The notes beneath the pieces are model-generated. The model was not told the DNA's origin. It saw only the letters and a program-made list of their open reading frames with translations, and searched no databases. From Candidatus Harpocratesius repetitus (GTDB lineage: Archaea; Asgardarchaeota; Lokiarchaeia; Sigyniarchaeales; Promethearchaeaceae), in assembly GCA_021498095.1 (NCBI GenBank), contig JAIZWK010000001.1, positions 570,001 through 602,000 of the forward strand: 32,000 bases of DNA, read 5' to 3'. Numbering within the stretch: the first letter of the stretch is position 1; each line of letters begins with the position of its first letter. This document shows positions 9,037 to 19,199 of the stretch, one piece after another. The translations under genes were made by a program, and so were the position numbers.

Positions 9037-9276
9037 TTATTTCTTTTTTTTACTTTTTGGTTTTGCTTTTGTTTTTCCTGCATTTGCACACCATTTTTCT
9101 TTACATGAACGACTGCAAAACTTATGTTCTGGAGGATCTTGTTGTAAATTTATATGGCTTATATACCTCTTAGGTAAAGGTTTATTACACCATTCACATC
9201 GAGGCATATTATGATAGCTTTGAGGAAGTTGAATTTCTGAAAACGATTTTAAATCTTGATTATAATCTGGGCTCAT
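9037..9276 (-). CDS. Small zinc-finger protein (TRASH/MYM-FCS-like) with a basic C-tail
   Basis: CEWC...FCSRSC four-Cys pattern and C-terminal KTKAKPKSKKKK. SD-like CGTGAT before the ATG at 9276; alternative start at 9207. Confidence 0.7.
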   Translation of the reverse strand: MSPDYNQDLKSFSEIQLPQSYHNMPRCEWCNKPLPKRYISHINLQQDPPEHKFCSRSCKEKWCANAGKTKAKPKSKKKK

Positions 9277-9496
9277 GAAATCACGTATTATTTATGAATA
9301 AAATAGTACATTTTTAGAACCTATTTAATTTTATCATTATAATATTTAAGAAGTACTTCACCAAATTTCTAAAAAAGTAAAGATAATTCTTCTAAATTTT
9401 GAAATTAGCGTTAAATATCTTTTAAAATTGAAGAATGATGAAAAATTTAGAAAAAATAAAATAAAACACAATTCTATTTGACAGTTCTTATAATAT

Positions 9497-11029
9497 TTAA
9501 AAATTGTTTCTTGCTTCTTCTACTAAATTAGTCACTTTTTCATCTAAACCAGAAAGAATTGAAGATAATTCAGCTTTAACTTCATTCTTAAATTTTTCAT
9601 CTTTAATTGCAGGTAAATTAATTTCCACGTTCAAAGCTGCTGATTTTAAACCGGTTAAAGCATTCATAGCACCAACAGCTATATCTGAAAGTGCATTTTT
9701 ATTTCCTTTTAATCCAATGTCTAAAAGGATATTTAAAACGGATTTACATGTTTTCACAGTCTCTAATGGGACCAAAGCAGCATTCTTATATTCTTCTTGG
9801 ATTTTTGCAGAACGGAGTGATTTTTCTTCTTCAGTTTCCTTTGGTAATTTAAAGGCTTTCATTACACCATTAAAAGCATTAGCATCTTTATCAATAAGCA
9901 AAGTCAGTTGATGATGTAATTGATCTAATTCTTTTACTTTTTCTGAGAAATAATCAGAAACATCTTCATATCCTTTCTTTCCAATGGTTAAGCGAGAGAC
10001 CATTGCTCCAAGAGCCGCTCCCATCGAACCTGCAACACAAGCAACTGAACCTCCACCTGGTGCGGGTGAATCTGATGCAAGTTCTTTGATAAATCCTTGA
10101 ACAGACAAGTTTTTCAATTCTGCTTTTTCATTTCGAGATACTTCTTCTAATTTTTTCTCGATAACTTGATTTCGCTCCCACTTATCATTTAGTTGAAGAT
10201 AAAATTCAGAAGCATCTAAAAGAGCATCAACTGGAATCATACCATAAACTTCTGTCTCAGTAATCATTACACCATAACGTGCAGCTTCTCTCCGGACAGT
10301 TTCAACAACCATGTGCATTGGCGTTTCTTTATAATTGGTTAAATTCATGGAAACTTGAACATACGGTTTGGTTTCAAAGCCCATTGATTTTACATATCGA
10401 AATCCACCATTTTTGTGGCGAATATTAACTCCGATCCTTTTTGCAATTTCAACATTGTCTGTATTCAAATAGATATTATAAGCAATTAAAAATTCTCGGG
10501 CACCGATTACGGTAGCACCAGCCTTGGGTAATTCTGAAGGGCCAAAATCGGGTTTACGATCAGGATTTGTTTTAATTTCTTCCTTCAGGCCTTCATATTG
10601 ACCTTTTCGAATATTAGCTAAATTCACCCTATCAGGTCGAGTAGCTGCAGCTTCATAAAGATAAGTTGGAATCCCCAGTTCAGATGAGACTTTTTCAGCT
10701 AATTTTCGGGCTAATTCCGCACATTCTTCTAAAGTTATGCCAGAAACAGGTACAAAAGGCACAACATCAGTGGCACCAATTCGTGGATGTTCTCCAGAAT
10801 GCTTATCCATATTAATTAATTCAGCAGCGATCTTTATTCCTGCAAATGCTGCATTAAAACAAGCATCCGGTTCACCCACCATGGTAACAACCAGGCGATT
10901 ATGGTCAGGATCTGCACGAGCGTCGAGTACTTTAGCCGAACCTGCAGATTTTAAGGCATTTAAAATTTTATCAATAACTTCTTGATTTCGCCCTTCACTA
11001 AAATTAGGTACTAATTCAACTAATGGCAT
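9497..11029 (-). CDS. ftcD: Bifunctional glutamate formimidoyltransferase / formimidoyl-THF cyclodeaminase
   Basis: VPNFSEGR, DPDHNRLVVT and HPRIGATDVVPF (transferase); ELASDSPAPGGGSVA and NALSDIAVG (cyclodeaminase). Adjacent to hutH and hutU. Confidence 0.94.
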   Translation of the reverse strand: MPLVELVPNFSEGRNQEVIDKILNALKSAGSAKVLDARADPDHNRLVVTMVGEPDACFNAAFAGIKIAAELINMDKHSGEHPRIGATDVVPFVPVSGITLEECAELARKLAEKVSSELGIPTYLYEAAATRPDRVNLANIRKGQYEGLKEEIKTNPDRKPDFGPSELPKAGATVIGAREFLIAYNIYLNTDNVEIAKRIGVNIRHKNGGFRYVKSMGFETKPYVQVSMNLTNYKETPMHMVVETVRREAARYGVMITETEVYGMIPVDALLDASEFYLQLNDKWERNQVIEKKLEEVSRNEKAELKNLSVQGFIKELASDSPAPGGGSVACVAGSMGAALGAMVSRLTIGKKGYEDVSDYFSEKVKELDQLHHQLTLLIDKDANAFNGVMKAFKLPKETEEEKSLRSAKIQEEYKNAALVPLETVKTCKSVLNILLDIGLKGNKNALSDIAVGAMNALTGLKSAALNVEINLPAIKDEKFKNEVKAELSSILSGLDEKVTNLVEEARNNF

Positions 11030-11197
11030 AATAGATCACACAATAAGCATAAAGTGATTGGTATCATTATGAATTTGAGATGAAATTAAAATGATCCGCC
11101 CACATTAATGGAGACTTTTAGGCAAAATTTTCACCTTTAATTTAGTGATGAAATTTTAAATTCAGATATATCTCTAAATAAAAAAAGGGGATTAAAA

Positions 11198-12736
11198 TTA
11201 ATCAAATTGAGCAATTTCCAAAAGTTTTTTCGAGCGAACGATTTCTGCACCTTTCTGTAAATGATAAGAAAGAATTTCATCATTCTCAATAAATGGAATA
11301 AAATTTCGAACATATGCATAACATTTTTCTACTTTTTCAGTACTTTTTAATGGGCGACGTAAATCAATAGCTTGGCAGGCGCTCACTAATTCAATTCCAA
11401 GAATTTGTTCTAAATTGTTAATAATGCGCAAAGTTTTACGAGCGGCAATTGATCCCATCGAAACTAAATCTTCCACTCCATTACTGGTAGGAATTGAATC
11501 AGCACTAGCTGGAAAACACATTGTTTTATTCTCACTTGCAAGAGCTGCTGTACAATACTGTGCAATCATGAAACCTGAATTCAAGCCAGATCCTTTTATT
11601 AAATAAAGAGGGAGTCCATATTCTCCAGTTTCTCCTAAAAGAAGATAAACACGCCGATCTGAGATATTGCCTAATTCTGATGCAGCTAACCCTGCATAAT
11701 CTAAGGGTAGAGCTAAAGGTTCTCCATGAAATCCACCGCCAGAAATAGCAATTGGCTCATCTCCATCCGTAAATACATTTGGATTATCTGTTACGGAATT
11801 AATTTCTCGAATTACAATTTTTTTAAGGTGTTGTAATGCATCATGGCAAGCACCATGAATTTGCGGCATACATCTAAAGGAATAGGGATCCTGCACTCGA
11901 GTACATTCTTTGTGAGACTCTACAAATCCAGAACCTGTAAGTAATTCACGAAGGTGTCGTGCTACTATCTGAGCCCCTGGATGAGGTCTAACTTCGTGTA
12001 ATCGTGGATCGAATGGTGCAATAGAGCCAAGATATCCTTCTAAACTTAATGCTCCTATAAGATCTGCATGATTGACACAATTTTCCAACCGCTCAACGAC
12101 TTTTATAGCATGTGCAGCAATAAATTGAGTACCATTTATTAAACCCAATCCTTCTTTTGCACCTAGTGATATTGGTTTCATCCCATGCTCTTGAAGTACA
12201 TTCCCCGCAGGGATGTATGTCTTACCACCATCTTTTGTGATTTCCCCCAATCCAATTAAAGGAAGGAATAAATGAGCCAATGGACATAAATCTCCCGATG
12301 CTCCCACAGATCCTTGTTCAGGGACCTTTGAAATATAATCCATATCAATATGCCACATGATTCGCTCAATTAAATCGAGGGACACTCCACTATATCCTTG
12401 AGACAAGGCATGAACCTTTAGAATCATCATTAATTTGGCAATATCAGTATCGATTGGTTTCCCTACTCCTACACTATGAGACTTTAGTAAGTTTTCTTGT
12501 AATGTTCCTGCATCTTCTTTTGAAATTTTTGTTGTACATAATGAACCGAAACCTGTATTTATAGAATAAATAGGTTTATTTCCCTGTGCCAATTTTTGAA
12601 CAGCATCATAACATCGAGTTATTTTAAGTTTTGCTTCATCACTCAAAACTCCTTTTATTTCACCTGAACAAATTTTCAAAGCTTTTGTGATATCCATTTG
12701 ATCTATTCCATATTGAAAAATTTGCAGTTTTACCAA
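11198..12736 (-). CDS. hutH: Histidine ammonia-lyase
   Basis: INTGFG, MIO-forming GSVGASGDL, KEGLGLING, RVQDPYSFRCMPQIHGA, NSVTDNP, GGGFHGEP and NSGFMIAQY. TTG start at 12736. Confidence 0.97.
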   Translation of the reverse strand: MVKLQIFQYGIDQMDITKALKICSGEIKGVLSDEAKLKITRCYDAVQKLAQGNKPIYSINTGFGSLCTTKISKEDAGTLQENLLKSHSVGVGKPIDTDIAKLMMILKVHALSQGYSGVSLDLIERIMWHIDMDYISKVPEQGSVGASGDLCPLAHLFLPLIGLGEITKDGGKTYIPAGNVLQEHGMKPISLGAKEGLGLINGTQFIAAHAIKVVERLENCVNHADLIGALSLEGYLGSIAPFDPRLHEVRPHPGAQIVARHLRELLTGSGFVESHKECTRVQDPYSFRCMPQIHGACHDALQHLKKIVIREINSVTDNPNVFTDGDEPIAISGGGFHGEPLALPLDYAGLAASELGNISDRRVYLLLGETGEYGLPLYLIKGSGLNSGFMIAQYCTAALASENKTMCFPASADSIPTSNGVEDLVSMGSIAARKTLRIINNLEQILGIELVSACQAIDLRRPLKSTEKVEKCYAYVRNFIPFIENDEILSYHLQKGAEIVRSKKLLEIAQFD

Positions 12737-12858
12737 CCCCGTTTATTTTGTACTTTCCTCAAAATTAAAATTTATTTAAATGGGTTCAAATGGGGAAGAT
12801 TTATTTCATCGAGCCCAAACTTTTTATGGAGATATACCTTCTTTTCTAAACGAGAATC

Positions 12859-14859
12859 ATGTCAAACGAGATTATTAATGTTCAATTATCATCAGAATTA
12901 CCACCAGATCCTGAATTTGATCCTCAATATCGAAGAGCTCCTAATCGAGGGTATAATTTAAATAAAGAAGAAACGAAAATTGCTTTAAAAAATGCACTTC
13001 GTTACATTCCAGAGAATTTACACGAAAAATTGGCACCAGAGTTTTTAGAAGAATTAAAAACACGGGGAAGAATTTATGGATACAGATATCGCCCACAAGG
13101 ATCGATAAAAGGTAAACCTATCGATGAATATAAAGGAATTTTAGAAGCAAGAGCAATTCAAGTTATGATTGATAACAATTTGGATTTTGATATTGCACTT
13201 TATCCTTATGAATTAGTTACATATGGAGAATCCGGTCAAGTCTGTCAAAATTGGATGCAATATAGACTAATCAAGAAATACTTGGAAATCATGAAGGAAG
13301 ATCAAACACTTGTGGTTATGTCTGGCCATCCTCTTGGTTTATTTCCAACTAAAAGAGATGCACCTAGAGTAATTTTCTCAAATGGATTAATGATTGGAAT
13401 GTATGACAACCCAGAGGATTTTCATCGTGCTCAAGCATTAGGCATAGCAAATTATGGACAAATGACTGCAGGTGGTTGGATGTATATTGGACCTCAAGGA
13501 ATTGTACATGGAACCTATATCACCTTGTTAAATGCAGGAAGATTGTATCTTGGTAAAAAGGCTGATGAAGATCTGACAGGTGTGTTATACATTAGCTCAG
13601 GATTAGGGGGAATGAGTGGAGCACAACCAAAAGCCGCTGATATTTCAGGAGCGATCAGCATTGTTGCTGAAGTTGATAAATCTCGTATTGATACCCGATA
13701 TGAGCAGGGATGGGTTTCGCGAGTCTCAAGCAATTTAGAGGAAATATTCCAATGGGTTGAAGAATATCGAACTAAAAAGGAACACTTATCAATTGCATAT
13801 CACGGCAATATCGTAGATTTATGGCAATATGTAGTAGATCATGATATTAAGGTTGAATTGGCTTCAGATCAGACCAGCTGTCATGCAGTATATGAAGGTG
13901 GATACACTCCAGTAGGAATCACTTTTGAAGAAGGTAGAGAATTACTTAAATCAAATCGTGCTAAATTTAAGCAATTAGTGGATGAATCTTTAAAGAAACA
14001 GTTTGAATTAATTCAAATTATGAGTAATCGGGGAACTAAATTTTGGGATTATGGTAATTCATTTTTAAAAGCTGTTTTTGATGCTGGTGCAAAAAATATT
14101 GCCAAAAATGAAGATGCTCGAAATGGTTTTATATTTCCATCCTATGTAGAAGATATAATGGGTCCTATCTGTTTTGATTATGGATATGGCCCATTTCGCT
14201 GGGTTTGTCTTAGCGGAAAACACAGCGATTTAATTTTAACAGATCAGACTGCCATGAAATGCATTAATCCTAACCGCCGGGCTCAAGATCGAGATAATTA
14301 TGTCTGGATTCGCGATGCAGAGAAAAACAAATTAGTTGTTGGAACTCAAGCCAGAATATTATATGCTGACGGCCCAGGCAGAGTAAAAATAGCGAAAGCA
14401 TTTAATCAATTAGTTCGGGAAGGTAAAATCGGTCCTGTCATGCTAGGTCGTGATCACCATGATGTCTCTGGAACCGATAGCCCATTCCGTGAAACATCCA
14501 ATATTAAGGATGGGAGTAATATTATGTCAGAAATGGCACATCATTCTTGGGCAGGAAACGTTGCGCGAGGAATGACCATGTGTGTTTTATCTAACGGAGG
14601 AGGAGTGGGTACTGGAAAAGTAATAAATGGAGGATTCGGTTTAGTGCTAGATGGGAGTTCACGTGTCGATACAATTATTGAGATGGCTTTAGATTGGGAT
14701 GTTCATTCAGGAATAGCGCGTCGCGCATGGGCTCGTAATCCACATGCAATAGAAACAGCAAAGGAATGGAATGAACGTAATAAAAGAAAAGGGCATATCA
14801 CAATGCCATTTTTAGCAAGCGATAAATTGATTGAAGAAATTATAGAAAAATCTTTGTAA
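12859..14859 (+). CDS. hutU: Urocanate hydratase, long (~670 aa) form
   Basis: YGQMTAGGWMYIGPQGIVHGT, GLGGMSGAQP, SDQTSCH, FWDYGN, GRDHHDVSGTDSP and SNGGGVG. N-terminal RRAP...ALKNALRY extension. Confidence 0.97.
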   Translation: MSNEIINVQLSSELPPDPEFDPQYRRAPNRGYNLNKEETKIALKNALRYIPENLHEKLAPEFLEELKTRGRIYGYRYRPQGSIKGKPIDEYKGILEARAIQVMIDNNLDFDIALYPYELVTYGESGQVCQNWMQYRLIKKYLEIMKEDQTLVVMSGHPLGLFPTKRDAPRVIFSNGLMIGMYDNPEDFHRAQALGIANYGQMTAGGWMYIGPQGIVHGTYITLLNAGRLYLGKKADEDLTGVLYISSGLGGMSGAQPKAADISGAISIVAEVDKSRIDTRYEQGWVSRVSSNLEEIFQWVEEYRTKKEHLSIAYHGNIVDLWQYVVDHDIKVELASDQTSCHAVYEGGYTPVGITFEEGRELLKSNRAKFKQLVDESLKKQFELIQIMSNRGTKFWDYGNSFLKAVFDAGAKNIAKNEDARNGFIFPSYVEDIMGPICFDYGYGPFRWVCLSGKHSDLILTDQTAMKCINPNRRAQDRDNYVWIRDAEKNKLVVGTQARILYADGPGRVKIAKAFNQLVREGKIGPVMLGRDHHDVSGTDSPFRETSNIKDGSNIMSEMAHHSWAGNVARGMTMCVLSNGGGVGTGKVINGGFGLVLDGSSRVDTIIEMALDWDVHSGIARRAWARNPHAIETAKEWNERNKRKGHITMPFLASDKLIEEIIEKSL

Positions 14860-14982
14860 TTAAAGATTTCTTTCAATTTTTCTCAATTCTTTTCAAATCT
14901 ATCTTTTTTTTTATTTTGTCTTCTCTTTTTCAATATGTACTTAATAATCTATGATTATAACTTGTGATTTCAAGATAAAATA

Positions 14983-15531
14983 TCAATTTATAACACAATT
15001 TCGGGTAGAAGGATAATACTTTTTTAGAGTTGAAAAAACTTCATCAATTCCAATATTCTGTTTTGATGAAATAAACAAATGAGCCACTATATTGGAATAA
15101 TGTGGGAATGAATATTCCATTTTTTTCCATAGCTTTTGATAATATATAAGATCTTCAGGTTGTGCAAGATCTATTTTTGATCCAGCTAGAATAATAGGGA
15201 TTTCTTCATTTTCACTCATTAAAAGCTCTACCCAATGTGATATATTTTCAAAAGTCTTTGGACGAGTAATATCGTACAAAATAATTCCACCTTTGGTTCC
15301 TTTTAAATAGGCATCATGTAAGAAATGAAATCGCTGTTGGCCTCCTAAGTCATAAACCAAAAACGAAATGGGGTGACGAGCATTTTCAACTAATACACAC
15401 GAAAAATCAATACCAATGGTAATTTTCGAACTATAACTAAATTTCCCTTTTGTTTTAGTCGCTAAAAAGCTTGATTTTCCGACACCTCCATCCCCTGCAA
15501 GAATGATCTTCTTAATCGCTTTTTTATCCAT
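14983..15531 (-). CDS. Ras-superfamily (Rab-like) small GTPase
   Basis: G1 GDGGVGKS, G2 TIGIDF, G3 DLGGQ, G4 SKID, G5 SSK; YLKGTKGGIILYDIT. No C-terminal CaaX or CC motif. Confidence 0.93.
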   Translation of the reverse strand: MDKKAIKKIILAGDGGVGKSSFLATKTKGKFSYSSKITIGIDFSCVLVENARHPISFLVYDLGGQQRFHFLHDAYLKGTKGGIILYDITRPKTFENISHWVELLMSENEEIPIILAGSKIDLAQPEDLIYYQKLWKKMEYSFPHYSNIVAHLFISSKQNIGIDEVFSTLKKYYPSTRNCVIN

Positions 15532-15668
15532 ATCATTAAATTAATTATATCTATAAAAAAACCGAAATAGCAACTCACTTAAATTCTTAAAGAATAATTT
15601 TATTAATTATTCAATTGCGATAACGAATTATTTATGTAAAAACTTTAACCATTAATGAAGTGAGACTA

Positions 15669-17669
15669 ATGCCTAAAAATATCTTTTCTTTCTTAATGAA
15701 AATGATTAGAATTGGTTCTAAAGAAATTAGTTCGGAATTAGAAAGTCAACTAAGAAATATTGAAAAATTAATCCAACAGGAAAAGATAGATGATGCTAAA
15801 GTTAATTTAAAGATCATTGAAGAGAATTATCATAAAGAATTTAAAAATCCAATAGTAGATATACAAATAAAATTATTAAATGCGAGAATTTATGAACAAA
15901 TAGGGAATTATTCTGAAGCTTTAGTAATTGTTGAAAATCAACTCAAAAATGAAAAAATTTCAAATTCTTCTTTTCTTCATGTTCAAGCTTTGATCTTAAA
16001 AGCAACAATATTGAATAAGTTGAGGAAAAACACTCAAGGACTTAACATCATAGAAAATGCAGAAACAATTCTTGATTCAATTAAAGACAATGAACAAACA
16101 AGTATTGCACAATTGAAAGGTAAGATTGCAAATCTAAAAGGAGATTTTCTTTTAAAGCAAGGTGAATTAGAAAAAGCGCGCAAATGTTTTTTAAAAAGCC
16201 TTAAAATAAGCGAAGAATTTAAAGATTATCCTTTAGTTTCCTTAAATTTAAATAACATTGGAGTCACTTGGGGTTATTCTGGAGAATTAGATAAAGCATT
16301 AGATTATTATAAAAAAAATGTAGAATTATGTATTGAAAAGGGATTAGAATCAAAAATTTCATCATCCTTTAATAATATTGGAGAATGTTACCGAACAAAA
16401 GGAGATTTGACACTTGCTTTAGAATATTATCAAAAAAGTTTTTATCTCACTCAAAAATATGAAGATAAAATTGGTATGGCGGTAACATTGCATAACATCG
16501 CTTTAATTCATCAAGCTAAAGGCCAATATGATGATGCAGAAAAATTCTTTTTCGATAGCCTTGTTTTAGGTGAAGAGATCGATTTTTACCCATTGATTGC
16601 AGAGACCATCTTTAATTTGATAAAATTATATTTGGAAGCGGGTAAAAAATCAGATGAAGAGATCCAAAAATACCTACTAAAACTAAAAAAATTAGATCAA
16701 AAAAAGAAAAATAAAATTATTAATCAGCAATATAGATTATCAGAGGCATTTATTTTAAAAAAGAGCGAAAGATTAATAAATAAGGCAAAAGCTCAAGAAA
16801 TTCTTCAACAAATAACTGAAGAAGAAATAGTTGAACATGAATTAACAGTCTGTGCTATGTTAAATTTATGTGAATTACTAATTCTTGAGTTAAAATCAAC
16901 AGGAAAGGAGGAAATATTAAAAGAAATTAAAAAAATTATTGGAAAACTTTATAATATCGCAAAAAGTCAAAATTCTTATGTTTTATTGGGAGAAATATAT
17001 CTTCTTGAAGCAAAAATATCCTTATTAGAATTAAATCACAAAAAAGCGCGCGATTTGTTAAACCAAGCGCAAAATTTGGCAGAAGAACGAGGGCTGAATC
17101 TTTTAAATATTAAAGTTTCTCAAGAATATGATTCAATGTTAAAGTTTTTAAAAGATTTAAGTAATTTAATGCGAGGCGAAATTTCTTTTAAAGACAGAAT
17201 AAACTTTTCACAAATAGACCAACTTTTAAGTTTTGTAATACAGAAAAAAGAACTACCTAAACCTAATGAAGAAACCCCAGTTCTTTTGATGCTTATTGAT
17301 AAAGGGGGATTAAACATTTATTCCAAGAGTTTTGTTAATCAAAATGATCCTTCAAATGAGCAATTAATTAGTGGTTTCATTACTGCGATCAACTCATTCA
17401 TGAAAGAAGTTTTCAAAATTCAAGGCTCTATTGAACGCATTAGGCATCAAGAATATACGATAATTATTCATCAACTAAAACAATTCCTTATTTGTTATGT
17501 ATTTCGTGGAGAATCATATTTTGCAGTTAAAAAGATCAACACATTTGTTGATGCACTTAAACAAGATGAAAAATTAATGAATTACTTAGAAAATGATTTT
17601 CAAATGACATCTCAATTAATTAACGCAAAAGAATTTGATTCAATGGTTGATTCAATATTTATTAAATAA
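15669..17669 (+). CDS. TPR-repeat protein with C-terminal longin-like domain
   Basis: TPRs such as LNNIGVTWGYSGELDKALDYY, FNNIGECYRTKGDLTLALEYY and LHNIALIHQAKGQYDDAEKFF. C-terminal LLMLIDKGGLNIYSKSF...EQLISGFITAINSF pattern. ATG 15669 preferred over GTG 15660 because GAAGTGA fits as its SD. Confidence 0.8.
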   Translation: MPKNIFSFLMKMIRIGSKEISSELESQLRNIEKLIQQEKIDDAKVNLKIIEENYHKEFKNPIVDIQIKLLNARIYEQIGNYSEALVIVENQLKNEKISNSSFLHVQALILKATILNKLRKNTQGLNIIENAETILDSIKDNEQTSIAQLKGKIANLKGDFLLKQGELEKARKCFLKSLKISEEFKDYPLVSLNLNNIGVTWGYSGELDKALDYYKKNVELCIEKGLESKISSSFNNIGECYRTKGDLTLALEYYQKSFYLTQKYEDKIGMAVTLHNIALIHQAKGQYDDAEKFFFDSLVLGEEIDFYPLIAETIFNLIKLYLEAGKKSDEEIQKYLLKLKKLDQKKKNKIINQQYRLSEAFILKKSERLINKAKAQEILQQITEEEIVEHELTVCAMLNLCELLILELKSTGKEEILKEIKKIIGKLYNIAKSQNSYVLLGEIYLLEAKISLLELNHKKARDLLNQAQNLAEERGLNLLNIKVSQEYDSMLKFLKDLSNLMRGEISFKDRINFSQIDQLLSFVIQKKELPKPNEETPVLLMLIDKGGLNIYSKSFVNQNDPSNEQLISGFITAINSFMKEVFKIQGSIERIRHQEYTIIIHQLKQFLICYVFRGESYFAVKKINTFVDALKQDEKLMNYLENDFQMTSQLINAKEFDSMVDSIFIK

Positions 17670-17807
17670 TTTAAAAGAAGACTTAGATATTCCCCAAAAA
17701 AAAATTAACAAGAAATTATATTGATAATATTATTAGCAAAATTTCAACTAAGAAATCTTACTAAATTTAGTTATAATAAACACAACACTAAAAGTTGAGG
17801 GATTATT

Positions 17808-18782
17808 TTGGAATTAGAGAAGAAAAAAATAACGCATTGGAAAATTAGGAATGAAAAATTATCTCCAATAGAAATAATTACCATTGAAAAGGAAGGAGAA
17901 GAACCAAAATTCCAACTAAAACAAGCAGATGTTTGTCTTAATTTTGCTGACTTTCAAGATTATTTAAAATATCTTTCATATATTCGCTCTCTATTTCCAG
18001 TAAATAATCTCAACGAACCATTAGATACTCAAATCTCACCCCAGCTTCCCAATCTAAAATCTAAAACTCCTTCTAAACCATCAATCGAAGAAACTCTTCC
18101 TCTAATTCTTCCTGATTCAATTGAAATTCCCGAGATCTATATTTTTTCTCCTTCAGGATTGTGCTTATATCATTTTGAATTCTATGGAAAACCTGATCAA
18201 GAAATAATTAATCAAAACTTAGTATCTGGGTTGTTCAGCGCAATAAATTTATTTGTTGAAAAAATGGGATGGAAAAAAGGATTGAATCTTATCCGAGCAG
18301 AAAATATTGAAGTCCGTTTTCACAAAGGTAAAAAAATTATTATCGCTTTGCTTTCAAACACAAATATGAAAATAAATTACTTAATTGAACCAATATTAGA
18401 AGACTTAGCCGTAGAATTATCCGTTTCTTTTGAAAAAGAGTTTGATGATGAAATTGCAGCAACATTCAATAATGGTGTTTCCAATCCCAATAAGTTTTCA
18501 GCCTTTTCTAAAGCGGTGGATCGTATTTTCATTAAATTCCGAAAACAAACCTTTGAACTTTATCAAAAACTGATTTTAAATGAAGCAATGTACTTTGATG
18601 TTCCAGAAGATTTATGTACTGGCTTGATTCACCTACTTTCTGAAGGTCGAAGTGTTGTAAATGAACTAAATACAATTATGAAAAAATATCCAAATATTAA
18701 ACAAGCGATCAAAAAAGTCAATTACGAACAGCGTGCTTTATGGGATTTGTTTAAAACTCCGATTTATGAAATAAAAGGATAA
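17808..18782 (+). CDS. Hypothetical protein with central longin-like domain
   Basis: EIYIFSPSGLCLYHFEF...NQNLVSGLFSAINLF...IIIALLS parallels the longin pattern of its neighbours. Pro-rich linker before it. TTG start after GAGGGA. Confidence 0.7.
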   Translation: MELEKKKITHWKIRNEKLSPIEIITIEKEGEEPKFQLKQADVCLNFADFQDYLKYLSYIRSLFPVNNLNEPLDTQISPQLPNLKSKTPSKPSIEETLPLILPDSIEIPEIYIFSPSGLCLYHFEFYGKPDQEIINQNLVSGLFSAINLFVEKMGWKKGLNLIRAENIEVRFHKGKKIIIALLSNTNMKINYLIEPILEDLAVELSVSFEKEFDDEIAATFNNGVSNPNKFSAFSKAVDRIFIKFRKQTFELYQKLILNEAMYFDVPEDLCTGLIHLLSEGRSVVNELNTIMKKYPNIKQAIKKVNYEQRALWDLFKTPIYEIKG

Positions 18783-18817
18783 ATTCTTTTTTTGATTCTA
18801 TAATTATTACATCTAGC

Positions 18818-19162
18818 ATGGAATATAAAATTACTAATGATATTATACCTGGATTACCATGGACTTTAGAGCAATCAACAAAAAATATTAACCATAAGAC
18901 TGAAATATTCTATTTTAGTTTAACTACTTGTGCTCATTGTAGAAAGGGTTTAAACTGGCTTCGTAATCATGGTGTAAAATTTAAATGGTTATATTTAGAT
19001 AAACTCGATCCGGAAGAAAAAAAGAAAATAAAAAATTGGATTCAAGATCACTATAAGCTCAGAACCCGTATGGGATCTCCATTTGTAATATTCCGTACTC
19101 AGAACCAAGATTTTATCTCTAATGGATTCGATCCTGAATATTGGAAAACCAAAATCCGTTAA
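18818..19162 (+). CDS. Glutaredoxin-family protein
   Basis: FSLTTCAHCRKGLNWL (CxxC after the first strand), then GSPFVIF and ISNGFDPE; 114 aa. Confidence 0.85.
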   Translation: MEYKITNDIIPGLPWTLEQSTKNINHKTEIFYFSLTTCAHCRKGLNWLRNHGVKFKWLYLDKLDPEEKKKIKNWIQDHYKLRTRMGSPFVIFRTQNQDFISNGFDPEYWKTKIR

Positions 19163-19199
19163 TTTTAATCCTCCTATATTTTTCCTTAATTCACTATAT

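Noticed and set aside
9037-9276. Ribosomal protein L24e
   Set aside because: Shares CxxC and FCSxxC but lacks the PGxG and VxxDG-type motifs; not in a ribosomal operon.
11124-11157. Bulged hairpin between hutH and ftcD
   Set aside because: Weak AT-rich stem with only four consecutive mixed pairs.
12781-12817. TGGGTTC/GAGCCCA stem in the hutH-hutU divergent region as a Hut operator
   Set aside because: Only 7 bp with a mismatch and a 23-nt spacer; no hut regulator gene is in the window.
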